Shown: positions 47,091 through 59,780 of the stretch, piece by piece
Position numbering within the stretch: position 1 is the stretch's first letter
Layout of the letters: each line of letters opens with the position of its first letter
Source: Eledone cirrhosa
Taxonomy: Eukaryota
DNA length: 64,000 bases
Reading direction: 5' to 3'
NCBI GenBank assembly: GCA_964016885.1
Contig: OZ024742.1
Location: forward strand, 277,140,001-277,204,000
Made by a program: the position numbers and the translations under genes
Notes under the pieces: generated by a model
The model's input: the letters and a program-made list of their open reading frames with translations, nothing else
What the model was told of the DNA's origin: nothing
Database searches by the model: none

Positions 47091-49397
47091 TCAAATATGT
47101 TGTTAGGATTTCACTTATTGATTAGAAGAAAAACAGTTAAACCTGAATTCAACAGATAAGCTTTTAAACTCTTTAAAAAGTGGAAGTAGTTCAAAATGAG
47201 TCTGTATGTGTGTGTGTGCAAGAGAATATTTCATTTGCAAATATGATCTGCATCAATTTGATAAAATATTCTTGAAATCTATTTGACATATTTTTACCCA
47301 TATCACTAATATAATTGATTTTTATCAAATTCCTAGTGATATTTAATGATAATAATAATAATAATATCTGCTCTATTTCTTACCTATCTCCTTCTCAAAT
47401 GTGCTTTTTGTATAATATTGCGTGCATGTGTGAATGTATGTGCGTATATATGTGTATGTATGTATGTATGTGTGTATGTATGTATGTGTGTATGTATGTA
47501 ATAAGTGTTTAGTTTGCTCTATATACTTCCTTTTCCTACAATACCAAGTTTTTCATGTCTTAGTGATATTCTTATTGTGTTTGTGTGTTGCATATATTCT
47601 ATATGTACATATATAGTTGTTTTGTTTTGTATGTTGCGTGCATTTTTAAAATCTCTTTCTCTTGTCTCCTTGATTGGAACAGATTTTTAGAGAAAGGAAA
47701 GACAAACTCTTCTCTTTGTCTTTCTTGATAATATCTTTGAATGTCAGGGCTGACAAAAATATTTACAAAAAAAAAAAGAAAAATTAATAAAAAGGAAAAC
47801 CTCATTCTGTGTTTCATGAAATAAAAGTATGTAATCAAGATGGGTTTTTTGTTCCTTTAAGTGTTTTTTGCCTTATTTAAATTCCAGTCACCCAGATAAA
47901 GAAATCATCCACAAGAAATGATCCTTCCTGCATATGTGTAACCAAAAAAACAAAACATATTTCTGTGCCTCTTAAAATTGTCCTTGCAGTTAAATTTTTA
48001 TAGAAAATGCTTAGTAGACATAGACCCTTCCTGGTGAATTTATGTCTTCCAGTGATATGCCTACAACTCTGTGCTTATGGAACTTACCATATAAATAGTT
48101 GTATGCATGCACGCATGCCCTCATGTGTTGCAAGCAGCGCGTTGAGCCAGTGCTTATCCTGGTTTCATAGCATGAAGCGACAGAGTATAAGACTTCCGCA
48201 ACATGCTGTATACTGCAGCAACATGAAATGAAATGTTTTGCTCAAGAACACAACACACAACCCAGCCCAGGAATCGAACCCATGGCATTATGATTGTATA
48301 TCCAACACCCTTATCACTAGGCCACATGCCTTCACAGTATATAAATAGTCAGGTAGATAAAATTTCACAGAGAAGACTTAGGAAGAAAGCTGTTAGATCA
48401 GATCTAAAAAAATTTGGCTCTATTGCTCAGTTTGTTACATGATATAAGATAGATACACAGAACAATAGTATATTATAGAACTTAACTGCCCCCATGTCAA
48501 CAATGCAAAAAATGTGATATATATTTGTGCATGTATATAAATATAAGTGATAATGCTGGTGTATTGATAAATGAACCCAGTACACCCTGTAAGGTACTGG
48601 ATGTTAGGAACAGCATCTAGCCATAGAAGCCATGCCAAATATGGAACATACTGAGCATAATTGGTTGCTCTAACTTCGCTGATCTCAGATGCCAACCTAT
48701 CCAACCAATGCTATCATGGAAAGTAGATGAAAATATGATAATAAACATAATCACATGAAGTCCCAGGGAATCAGTGGTGACCAAACAATAACTGCCAGAC
48801 ATTTTCATTCCTATTGTTATTAGATAAGGGGGTAGCATTAACACTGCTTTGTTCAGAATAAAAGCATACATAAACCTGTGTACAATATTTTTCTGTATAA
48901 TAAATATACATATAGTCTCACTATGATCATATCACAGCTACCCAGTGTAATGATACTGTATACATGTGTTTCAGGATTTTGTATTCATCTCCAGCAGACA
49001 TTTATTTACTACAGGATTCTGAGATAGAGAAAACAATATTTCTTTGTATAGGTTTTGTAAATAAACTATTTTTGTTATTAGCTTATTTACATATAGTGCA
49101 TGCTTGACATGCTAGACTTAATTATTTTATAAAAAATTGTTTGATGTGGTTTGGATACAGCAGTAATAGCCACTGGTTGGAGCAGCCTCTATATTGTCAC
49201 ACAACCATTTAGAAATAGTAACTAAATCTTCTTTTGATCACACTCTACCATCTCAAAGAAAGGGAAGGATATACTCTAGATAGTAGGAGCAGGAAGAGTC
49301 ATGACAGAAATGTCTTCGTTTATAGGTTTGGTTGATTAGGGATGAACTGGAGCTAAACAGCAACAACTAGTTTATTTCAGGTCAAGATTGAAGTTAA

Positions 49398-49641
49398 CCC
49401 TTTCCGTATTTCTAATGAAAGACATTGCCTTTGATGTTGAAATCATTTTGAAAGTAATCAAGAATTTGCAGGGGTGTAGTAATATAACTAATTTCCTCAT
49501 TATCTAGTATTTTCAATATAACTTAAAGATTCATACATAAAAGTATGATGGAAGGCTTTTAGATAAATATTAACACTTTGAAATAAATAGCTTTATATTA
49601 TAGAACCAGGAACTGTCTCGTGCGGTTTGGTATCAGAAGGG
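49398..49641. mobile_element. Possible TTAA-flanked MITE (different internal sequence)
   Basis: TTAA|cccttt ... gaaggg|TTAA. Confidence 0.45.
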
Positions 49642-51010
49642 TTAAGTTTAATTCTTTGAGTTGTGATAACCTTTAGCTTGATTCCTTGAAATGTTCTCTA
49701 TTATATTTCTATAGCCAGCATTATGAAACATTCAAGCTCCATTATATTCTCCTTAAAAATTTTACTTGGGCCCCATTATTATTATTTTTTTTCAAAGTTT
49801 TTACAACTTTTCTACAAACAATAATAGTAGTAGCAGCAGTCACACCAAAAAGAAAAAAAAACGTCTTTCTCTCATTTTTGTAAACATATAATATTTATAT
49901 TTACCTGGATTCATTCTTCAAAATTTAAGAAATATTACCTGAGAAATAGTCACACTAACTTCATTTTTACTGGTCATGGCCAGTTGGCTGTGACCATGCT
50001 AGGGCATTGCCACCTGAAAAATAAATCCACCTTAAATTTGGTTTACATGACAATTTGAACATTTAGCTTTGTAATTCATAAATTTTCATATATTTTAAAA
50101 ACATTTAGCCTTTTCTTTTTTTAGATATCTGATACCATCTTTATTTTGGAAAACAAAAATGACTAAATATATTTGTTTTCATTTTTCATTTTCATCCTAG
50201 CTCTTCATGCTAGAGTAACCTCTGCTGATCCAAAATTATTGACTCTATATTATGCCTGTTTATCTTCCTTTCTTCACTGATTCTATGTCTTCTGTCTTGT
50301 GAACTCTTACTAAATACTTTGTCCCAATCCTGCTTCCTTAGAGCTCGCAGAATTTGATTCCCATAGAGTTATTTTCTTACTAATAATAATGGTTTCAACC
50401 ATCAAACTGTAGCAATTCAGAAGGAACACAAATATCCTCTGGTCTAGAAGAGCATAAAATGGCTCATCATCATTTCAATGCTCATGATTAGTCTGCAACC
50501 AAGAAATCTCTGTTCATATCAATTCTGTGCTCAGTCATTTCAAATTAAATCCTTACCATATTTTCTTCTGCCTTTGCAACATGTTGATCCACTACCTTCT
50601 TAGAGTGGAGTTTTCTCTTCACAGGCAGAATGTGTTATCATTCTGTATCACATGTCCACATTAGCACAGTCATGTCTGGCATGCATTAATTATCTGACTA
50701 TTCAATATATTCTAAATTCGGTTGTACTCATTTTTTTTTGGTATGTGACAAACATCACATACCTAGCTTTATCAAAAGTAGGGTGAAGTAATCGATGATG
50801 CCACCGTTTCTCACTATATATATATATATATGAATATATATATATTCATTCACGATCACTTTTGTGGTAACATCACTTATTCTAAGCTAGCATATAGATT
50901 GAATTGGTCAGTAACACCTTTTAACCATGTGTTATCTGTTTTGTGAGACCCATATTCTGATTTCTGTTCTTCTTCACCCCTTTACATTTTTTTTATCCTC
51001 TGTTGCTATC

Positions 51011-51053
<43 letters not shown>

Positions 51054-51738
51054 GTATCTATCTGTATATATATGACATACATGCACATGTTTGGGTACAG
51101 ATATGAGGAAAATTACATGTAGGGTTTAATCATTATATAGAAAGCTGAGATTTCACTGCTCAGTGTTTCTTGTTGCCATTAGAAGTGCAATAGTAATGAG
51201 AAATTTAGAGTAACAGGGAAAAAGCTTCAGTTTTGAATATATATATATATATCACGCATAAAATATAGAAATTTTCAACTTTTTGGCCAGTAGTAAGTAT
51301 GAAGTGCTGATTGTATGACAAATACAGGATGCGTTCTGATAAGAAGAAAATATATTTCATAGATAGGTTATTGTTGCTCACATGTTTCTTTACTAACCAT
51401 CATCAATTTGCATTATTGTTTTAACTAATATAGATATTTGCTGCAGAATATACAGTATTTAAGCAATTCATTCACACACACACATCTCCGTGATTACTGA
51501 AGGTCATAATCATCTGCTTTGACATAATCTATGTGAAACCATAGTATGTAAATATATATATATATATATATGAAACACAAGACATAATCCCATGACTCAT
51601 CAATAAGGGTAGTAATTCTGAATGACTTGGACTGACTGTAATGATCCCTCCAAATGATTCAAGCATAGAAGGTGGACATAAAAGGATGATGATGAACTGT
51701 TGCAATCAATGTAACTGACTGTTCCCTTGTCAAAATTT

Positions 51739-52470
51739 GAGCATCAGACAATATGCTTAGCGGCACAGTTACGGCCCTTTACGTTCTGAGTTCAAATCCT
51801 GGCGAGGCTAACTTTGCCCTGGGTTAACTTCGCACTGGGGTCGATTTAATCGACTTTTCCTTCTTCCTAAATTGCTCGCCTTGTGCTTACATCAGAAACC
51901 ATTATTAATAAGGATTGGTAGATTAGTAGAGCATTGGATAAAATGGCATTGCCTTATTTGTTTTTGCTCTCAACATTGAGTTCAAATCTATGGCGGTGGA
52001 TTGGCAATATCGGTAGAGGGTCAGACGCCATGCTTAGTTACGGCCCTTGACATTCTGAGTTCAAATCCCGCCATGGTTAACTTTGCCTTTCATCCTTACT
52101 GGGTCGATAATATAAAGTACCAGTAATGCACTGGGTAATTGCTGGCCTTGTGCCAAAAGTAGAAACAATTATGAGTTCAAATCTTGCTGAGGTTAACTTT
52201 GCCTTTCATCGTTCTGGGGTCAATAAAATAAAGTGCCAATCAAGTACCAGGATTGATGTAATCAACTTACTCCTCCCCATAAATTGCAGGCCTTGTGCCT
52301 AAATTAGAAATTATTATTGCTATCTGGTGGATTGTCAGCTATTAGAGGATTGGACAAATGCAGGGCTGGTAAAATAAAGTACCAGTCATGTACTGGGGTC
52401 GATTTAAACCAACTTTTCTCATCTTCTAAACTGCTGGCCTTGTGTCTAAATTAGAAGCAATTATTACTAT
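51739..52470 (+). mobile_element. Stack of SINE family 1 copies including a nested young copy (~51990-52171)
   Basis: Four or more core/tail motifs in the same orientation; tgagttcaaatct is duplicated at 51977-51989 and 52172-52184. Confidence 0.85.
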
Positions 52471-54668
52471 TACTTGCTCCTATATTTTTGCATGCTTTCT
52501 TTCTCTTTTTTGTCATATTCTGCTCTGTCTGTTGTATTGCCTTTCTCTCACTCTGACTATCTCTCTTTCTCCACTTAATGCCCCACCACACCTCTTTTCT
52601 ACTTTAAACACTATTTACCACCAATCAGGTTTTCAACTTCCAATCAACTATCTCTGATACTAAAAGAGACTGACAGTCAGTTAATAAAAAAAAAAATAAT
52701 ACCTCCTTCTCCTTCCAGGAAAATATTTGGCTTTGTTTGGCGAGCTGAATCTTGAGCTGATTTATTATTTTACACACACACACACACCTGAAATGTTTGC
52801 ATATCAATGTAAATGGCCATAACAATAGACAATCAGTATAAATAATAGTTGATAAAATTGAGTAAAGCACCACTGGAGATAGAAAAATGTAGACAGAAGC
52901 ACCAGCAAAGAATCAAACTGTCTGCATTCTTTAGATAGAGGTGTGGTTGTAAACTCTCCTCTTGAACAACCTACGTTTGTTCCTTCAGCTTGATTCTAAG
53001 GTTCAGGTTTGTTGATTTAACTTCTGCTTCATTTATGATGCCTTTACATATATTGTTGTTTCTACATGAGCAACTGACCTCAGTTGATGGAGTAGGTTTA
53101 TGTGAAAAGATTTGTTTCACATTAGAGGTACAGCTGAAACTAACCTTAAGGTTATGCTCATTGAAAGCTCCCTATATTTTTGGTTAGTGGGAAAGTGCTT
53201 ATCTATTAAACCCAAGAAAGCTTTTGCTATGTTTTTCTAGAGCTGTGAACTAAATAATATTATGATGCCTTTTCTTTTTATAGTTAATTCTCTCTTTGAA
53301 TCCACTCACTTTTAGTGCATTGTTATATAATGGAACTTTATTAGTAAAAGTCCCTTTATTAGAGAAATTTGAAATTCTTTTACAATACTAGATTTTTCAA
53401 AACTTTATGGAGTTTGCATGACACTCCCATGCTTATATACATAATTTCATTGGTTTTTCAAAATACTTTGAATTCAATGTAGTGCTCAGGGCGACTCAGC
53501 GTGACACAGAATATGGCAAGGTTGGCCCTTCAAATTACAGGCACAACTCACTTTTGCTAGCTTGGTGGACTGCAGCAATGTGAAATAAAGTGTCTTGCTT
53601 AAGGACACAACACATCGCCTGGATTTGAACTCACAACCTTATGATCATGATCTGAATACCCTAACCATAAAGCCACACACTGTCACAGTGTATCTAGAAC
53701 TATATTATTATTCAATGTGTCCTGCCTATTTTTTAAGACTAAGGTGTAATTTATGGGAAATTTGACTGCTATTTCTAGAAGGTCAGCGCATTTAAAAAAA
53801 ATTTTACTTGGAGTGTTCTGCCAAAAATGAATATATTGTGAGAGCTGTCAACTATTTCAACCTGTAACTGCTTAATTCAGCATTAAAAGGTGGTCATTTA
53901 AAAAAAGTTTGACATTTTGGAATAAGGAAAAGAACATTCAAGAATTGACGAAAGTACAGTTGTAGGGATACTAACAAGTGTTTTAAGGCCATTTTTACTG
54001 TTTAAGCAGGCGTTAGCCTTATGCTCCCCCCTCCTCAACAGGCTTCATATTTATAGTCTCTTTTGAAGCAATGTTTTACAACCAGATGTCCTTTCAGGTG
54101 CCAACCCTTTTAGTCACCTTTTATGACATGCAGCTATATCTACTCTAAACAAGAATACAGCCATATGGAATAAGATAAAATTAACAATGCCTCTCGACAC
54201 ACATACACCCAATTTTAGGGGGTAGATTTCTTTGAAATATTTAATCAAAATTGTATCATGCTGCTACTGCAGATGATTTTTAATCCCAAGTCAGCATTAA
54301 ATTGAAAACCTGACCCAAAAGTTTTATCTGCATGTTTTATTTATTGCATTCTTTTATTCTTTTACTGGTTTCAGTCATTAGATTGTGGTCATACTGGGGT
54401 CACTTTCACCTGTGTATATATATTTTTTAATTCTTAATTTTTTAAATTATTATTATCTCTTTGTTGTGATTCCTCTGTCATTGAATGCCTATATCTATAT
54501 ATACCATGCATGCCTTTCTTTTTCTGATTGATTAATACTTTTAATTACATTTGTAATCTTCTCATTAGAGAACTACAATATTTTTTTTTTCCAATACTGA
54601 ATTCACTTTTGCAGATATTCTGTTTTCATTGCATTGTTATTGTTATTATTATTATTATTATTATAACT

Positions 54669-54850
54669 GGTGGATTGGCAGTATCGGTATAGCATCAGAC
54701 ACTATGCTTTGCAGCATAGTTATGGCCCTTTCCGTTCTGTGTTCAAATCCCGCCAAGGTTAGCTTTGCCTTTCATCCTTATGGGGTCGATAAAATAAATC
54801 ACCAGTAATGCATTGGGGTAATTGCTGGACTTGTGCCTAAAGTAGAAACA
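54669..54850 (+). mobile_element. SINE family 1 within (TTA/TTG)n
   Basis: Full head, core and tail aagtagaaaca followed by (tta)n. Confidence 0.88.
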
Positions 54851-54939
54851 TTATTATTATTGTTGTTATTGTTGTTATTATTATTATTATTATTTCTCAT
54901 GCTGTTCTTTTGTTGCATTATTAAACCAAGAAGACAGGT

Positions 54940-55965
54940 CATAATTAGGTTTATGTTCCCATTGCCTTCTCCAAATTCTAGGTGGTCCTATGAGTGTGTC
55001 CTTTTCTGGAGGAATACTATCGTTTCTTAGAGCCCAAGTTTTTCTACACATTTTCTAAGTTCTTCATCAATCAACAGCACCAGTCACTATTGGTATGACC
55101 AACCTTTCTTATGTTCCGTATTCTTTGGAGTTCAATTCTAAGGTCTTGGTATTTATCAACTTTCTCCATTTCTTTTAGGTGGCTCATCTCATATCTAGGA
55201 AAGGTGACATCAGTAATTCGACATGTTATCTCTCTTTTTCCTACCAGAACTATGTCGGGGTCTCCTTGCTGTTACTATATTATCACACTGTATAGTCATG
55301 TCCCATAATATCTTTACATCATCATTCTCAACTACTTCCTCTGTTTGATGTTCATATCACAGTTCATTTCGTTCTAGATGATACTTCCCACAGAGTATTA
55401 TGTCTTCTCTTGTATTCTTTTTGGGTTAATTAATTTGTGCCATTCACTAATGATGTGACACATTTTTATTCTTTTCACTACATAGTCTATATAGGGGTGA
55501 ACCCTCAGTTTTATCTATTTTGTTTTTTTATCAAGTTTGTTCTGATTGCTAGCTCTTGAGTGGAGAAAATCAGTGCTTTAGTTATTGTTTTATGGTTAGA
55601 TTTTCTTAGCCAATCCCAAGACTTCTCCTTAAGGATTGTGTCTGACATTTCTCTCACATATTGTCCATACATTATTTTTCCTTTCCATTTGGTCATCTTT
55701 CATTTTCTTTTTCCTGTTTATAGTCATTCTTAAGCTTAGCTTTTTCAATATTAATAACACCACTTCTTTTTACTGTGTTTAACAGTAATTCTTCTGAATA
55801 TCTGATATACCAAGTAAGGTTATTCTTCTCATACCCTATTAATCCTCTTCCATCTTTGTTCCATCTATCTATATCACTTTTAAGGTGGAGTGCTCCATAC
55901 ATGGTCATCAATTTCCTTGTCTTTCCATGAAGGGATTTTAGCTTATCTACTGGGCATTTCACAAT
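54940..55965 (-). mobile_element. Decayed R4/Dong-like non-LTR retrotransposon fragment
   Basis: KTRKLMTMYGALHLKSDIDR..GRGL, MYGQYVREM, SWDWLRKSN..TKALIFSTQELAIRTN, followed by a PDIV-like endonuclease region. Confidence 0.75.
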
Positions 55966-56086
55966 TCCGGCACTATATTATTAATAATACTTACTTTGGT
56001 AGTAAATATAATACAATTGAAATGATGCAGAGATTGTTTATTTGTGGCAGTGCATTAGTAGAATCATTAAAGCATCAGATGAAATA

Positions 56087-56297
56087 CTGCCTCTCCCATC
56101 CTGCGAACTGCAACCTTCTTCTCTCTTCTTGTCATTCCAATAGCAGTGAGTATTCTCCATACTGAGTAAGCCAGGGATCGCCTGCAGCTCACACCTCAAC
56201 AGAAAGTAGCCATGCCTGCCAACATTTCTCCCTGCACTCCTGCATAAATTTTTGATACTTAGCATTCTTTTGCTCAAAAGCTTTGCTGCACTCATGA
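56087..56297 (-). mobile_element. HERO/NeSL-like restriction-like endonuclease C-terminal fragment
   Basis: Manual translation with one frameshift gives ECSKAFEQKNAKYQKFMQECREKCWQAWLLSVEV/SCRRSLAYSVWRILTAIGMTRREKKVAVRRMGEA (E-x-K-x-x-K-Y...VEVGCRG pattern). Confidence 0.65.
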
Positions 56298-56719
56298 GGA
56301 AGAAATATACTGTTTGGCTTTCATGCCTTTCTCAAGTGTACTAAAGTAAAGTACTTTGTAAAAAGTTGTATAAGCCAAACATACATATACAAAAGTGAAA
56401 ATATTATTACAAAACCAATATTAAACTTTACTCACCAAGGAGGTTCATGATGGTCACTATTAGTTCAGATAACATGCAGTGAGATGTGTTGTTTGTTCTG
56501 CCAAGCTGACTTAGTTAAGACACCCTAAATGAAGATAAAACATTCAAGAAGGTACACAATATAGGGTTTTTGTTTTTTACCTGAGTGACCAAACATAACA
56601 AGAAACTTCAAGTAGTAATGTTGTGCATCATCAATTGCCTCCTAATAGATAAACTCCATAACATATATTACTATTTTATGTGTTCCAGCTGACTGGCTGA
56701 GGCCATGCTGGGGCTCTGC

Positions 56720-57755
56720 CATTGGATGTCGAGATGTTTCTTGAAAACATTTACATACACACCAATGTGGTCTCTCAGATTTTTGGCAGCTTATTAAAGA
56801 GCTGGGGGCCTTTGAACCCAAGGCTATTGGGTAGTATATGGTCTTTATCAGTGCTGTCCTGTTTGTGAGTTGGTCCAGCTCTCAATGCTGAAGTTTGGTG
56901 CTAGCCCTTCCAAGATCTTCCATACATATATCACTGTGTATCTCTCCCATCTTTGCTCCAGAGAATAGAGCTTTAGTTCTTTCAGCCTCTCCCAGTAGCA
57001 CATCTCCTTCATTGAGGCAACCCTCTTAGTGCAGCTTAGTTGGATTGCATAATTCTTTTTAAGGTTAGTTTGATACTTGTGGGGCAACCACACCTTAGAG
57101 CAATAGTCCAGTTGGCTGAGGACAAAAGTCCTGAGAATTCAGCTTGCCATTTGTCTTCACATTGCCGTCATTTTGGTGATGTGTGCATGAAACGATGCAT
57201 CATTGTTCATGTCAGTATCCAAGTCCCATCTTGATTTTGATTCTTCCTGGTTGAGTGTAGCTTTGTTGTAGTGGTCTTGTATTAGTGAGTTGATAGCGGA
57301 GGGCTTGAAATTTTCGGGCATTAAATTGCATATTGTTGTCATCAGCCCATTTGTATATGGCATCTAAATTGTAAGAGAGTATCATTAGCTGGTTTCTGGA
57401 TTGCTTGTGCTTCTTTTGTGTCATCAGCATAGCTAGTGAGGAATGCTATCTATTACAGAGGGCATGTCTGAGAGAAACATCACAAACAGTAGTGGTCCCA
57501 AGGTGGTTCCCTGGGACATGCCACTTGTTATTGATGTTTCCTTTGCAAGGGCCCCGTTGGCTGCAACAGTCTGGCTTCTGTCTTTTAAGAAGTCATGAAG
57601 CCATTTACCTAGATTTCCAACTATGTCAAAGCTACATAGTTTGTGATATATCATTCCATGATCAACTTTGTCGAAGGCCTTTGCATAGTTGAGATATATC
57701 ACATCCATGTTTGAATAGTCTAGCAGCTGTTTTGGTACCCAGTCATAGTGCTCTA
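56720..57755 (-). mobile_element. Decayed CR1/L2-group LINE reverse transcriptase fragment
   Basis: MDVIYLNYAKAFDKVDHG, SGMSQGTTLGPLLF, tatgctgatgac (YADD), WADDNNMQFNARKF and YWERLKELKLYSLEQR, in shifting frames. Confidence 0.88.
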
Positions 57756-57833
57756 AAAGTAATAATCTAAATACATAACTCAATAAGCAGAGTGGGAATT
57801 TTAATTGGTTTATTTGGATTTAAGCTATTATTA

Positions 57834-58043
57834 TTGGCAGTATTGATAGAGCACCACGGACACCATGCTTTGCAGCATAGTTACGGCCCTTTATGTACTG
57901 AGTTCAAATCCCGTCAAGGTTAGCTTACCCTTTCATCCTTATGGCGTTGATAAAATAAAGCACCAGTATTGCATTGGGGGTCGATTTAATTGATTTTCCC
58001 TTCCCCCCCAAATTGTTGGCCTTGTGTCTATATAAGAAACCAT
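57834..58043 (+). mobile_element. SINE family 1-related copy
   Basis: ttggcagtattgatagagc...gagttcaaatcccg...gataaaataaagcaccag...ggccttgtg. Confidence 0.82.
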
Positions 58044-58235
58044 TGTTGTTGTTATTATTGTTGTTATTATCCTCAATATTGTTGTTGTTAAAACTTGTCT
58101 CCGTTCCTTATTTAGGAGTCTGAAACACCAAAAGGCATACTTGAAGACATAGGGATTTCGTTTCCCAGTTAGTATTGATGCCTGCTTTGTCAGTGTGCTC
58201 TCCAGACTTTTCTATGGAAATCCTACACACCGTCT

Positions 58236-58371
58236 ACCACCACCACCACCACCACCACCAACTGTAACTACTACTTCTACTACCAATACCTTCTCATTAC
58301 CACCACCACTGCCACAGCTGCTTGTTCTACTACAACCAATACTACTACTATTACCACCACTACTGCTGTTT

Positions 58372-58415
<44 letters not shown>

Positions 58416-58425
58416 GTTGTTGCTG
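58236..58425. repeat. (CCA)n/(CTA)n compound trinucleotide microsatellite
   Basis: Direct; explains the poly-P, poly-L and poly-S ORFs. Confidence 0.9.
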
Positions 58426-59098
58426 TATAGAGTGATTCCCTGTAAAAGCAACAATTATTACCAATATCACTTTCGCTCTATATTTTTTTCTCTTTTTCTA
58501 ATCTCACAATCTTAGCAATCAACCAGTTAATTTCTAACTTTATTATTGAAGACATTCCTATTCTATCTATATATCTGTGTCTCTCTCTGTTTTTCTATAC
58601 CTCTCTTTCTAACTTTCTCTACCTCAGTTTCCTTCCCTTTCTATCAACCTCTAAATCTATCCATATCTGTTAATTTACTTTACTTTTTTTAACTCTCTGT
58701 CTCATCTCTCTACCTCTCACAAACCTCTTTACCTTTTACACACTCTCTCCCTCTATCTCTCTCTCCACCACAATTTTCCATACTTACACATAGCATTCAT
58801 TGAGTTAAATCTTCATAACTGCAATTTTCTTCTGTATATTTTTCTTTTTGGGAATTAAGGCAACTCAGAGGAAATTCGTTTTCAAGACAAAAAATTCAAA
58901 ATGTGAATCTGGTGATAACAACAACAACAGCTGGACTTTTACAGGAGGGAGGTAGGGGGGGGGAGCTCCATTGCCTTACTTCACTGATTGTTGATTGGCA
59001 AAGTCACTTGTATCACCTGAGAGAAGGATAGAGAAAAGCAAATGAGTTGGTAAAATGCAGGATAGGTAAATAATTGAGAAAGGGATATAGATATAGAG

Positions 59099-59402
59099 CA
59101 GAGGTTCTCAAAGTGGGTGCTACCTCCCCAGGGTGCATTGAGAAGGTCCAGGGGGCGCTGGGGCCTAAGGGGATGCTGAGTTGTAGAGATGATATAATAG
59201 TTATATTAAATATCAAATGATACATATTATAGTCAAATAAAAAATATATAATATTTATTTATACATAGTATAACGATTTTATTTGTTATATATTATTTAC
59301 AATTTGTGTGTAGGCAGGTCTCTCTGGAAATAGGGTTGAGGGCGCTGAGGGTATTACATGATCGTGAGAAGAGGGGGGATGCAAAAAGTTTGAGAACCTC
59401 TG
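59099..59402. mobile_element. hAT-type MITE
   Basis: TIR cagaggttctcaaa / tttgagaacctctg with a perfect 8-bp TSD atatagag (59091-59098, 59403-59410). Confidence 0.88.
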
Positions 59403-59724
59403 ATATAGAGAAATAGTGACACAGAGAAAGGGAAAGGATAAAACAAAGGAACAGAAGAAAAAAAAGGAGAGACAGAAGAGGATGAAAGGTTCTAAAACTT
59501 GAACTGTCATTTCTATCTCCCTCTACCTTTCCCTACCACCCTCTTGCTCTCCATCTACCTATTTGTCATTACCTCACCCTGCCAAATTCTGTCTTTCTCC
59601 CTCTTAAATTCTTTCTCTACCCTTCTGCCAAATTCTTTCTTTCTCTCTCACTCCTGTTTTCTTTCTCTCTCACTCCTGTTTTCTTTCTCATTCTCTTTCT
59701 TCCAAATTCTCCCTCCTCTCTATT

Positions 59725-59730
59725 TCTCTC

Positions 59731-59777
<47 letters not shown>
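59725..59777. repeat. (CT)n microsatellite in a pyrimidine-rich tract
   Basis: Direct. Confidence 0.9.

Positions 59778-59780
<3 letters not shown>

Noticed and set aside
56430-56515. Minus-strand exon ending at a gtgagt donor (ctcac at ~56432-56436)
   Set aside because: Short open frame with no recognisable protein and no partner exons; it lies among LINE debris.
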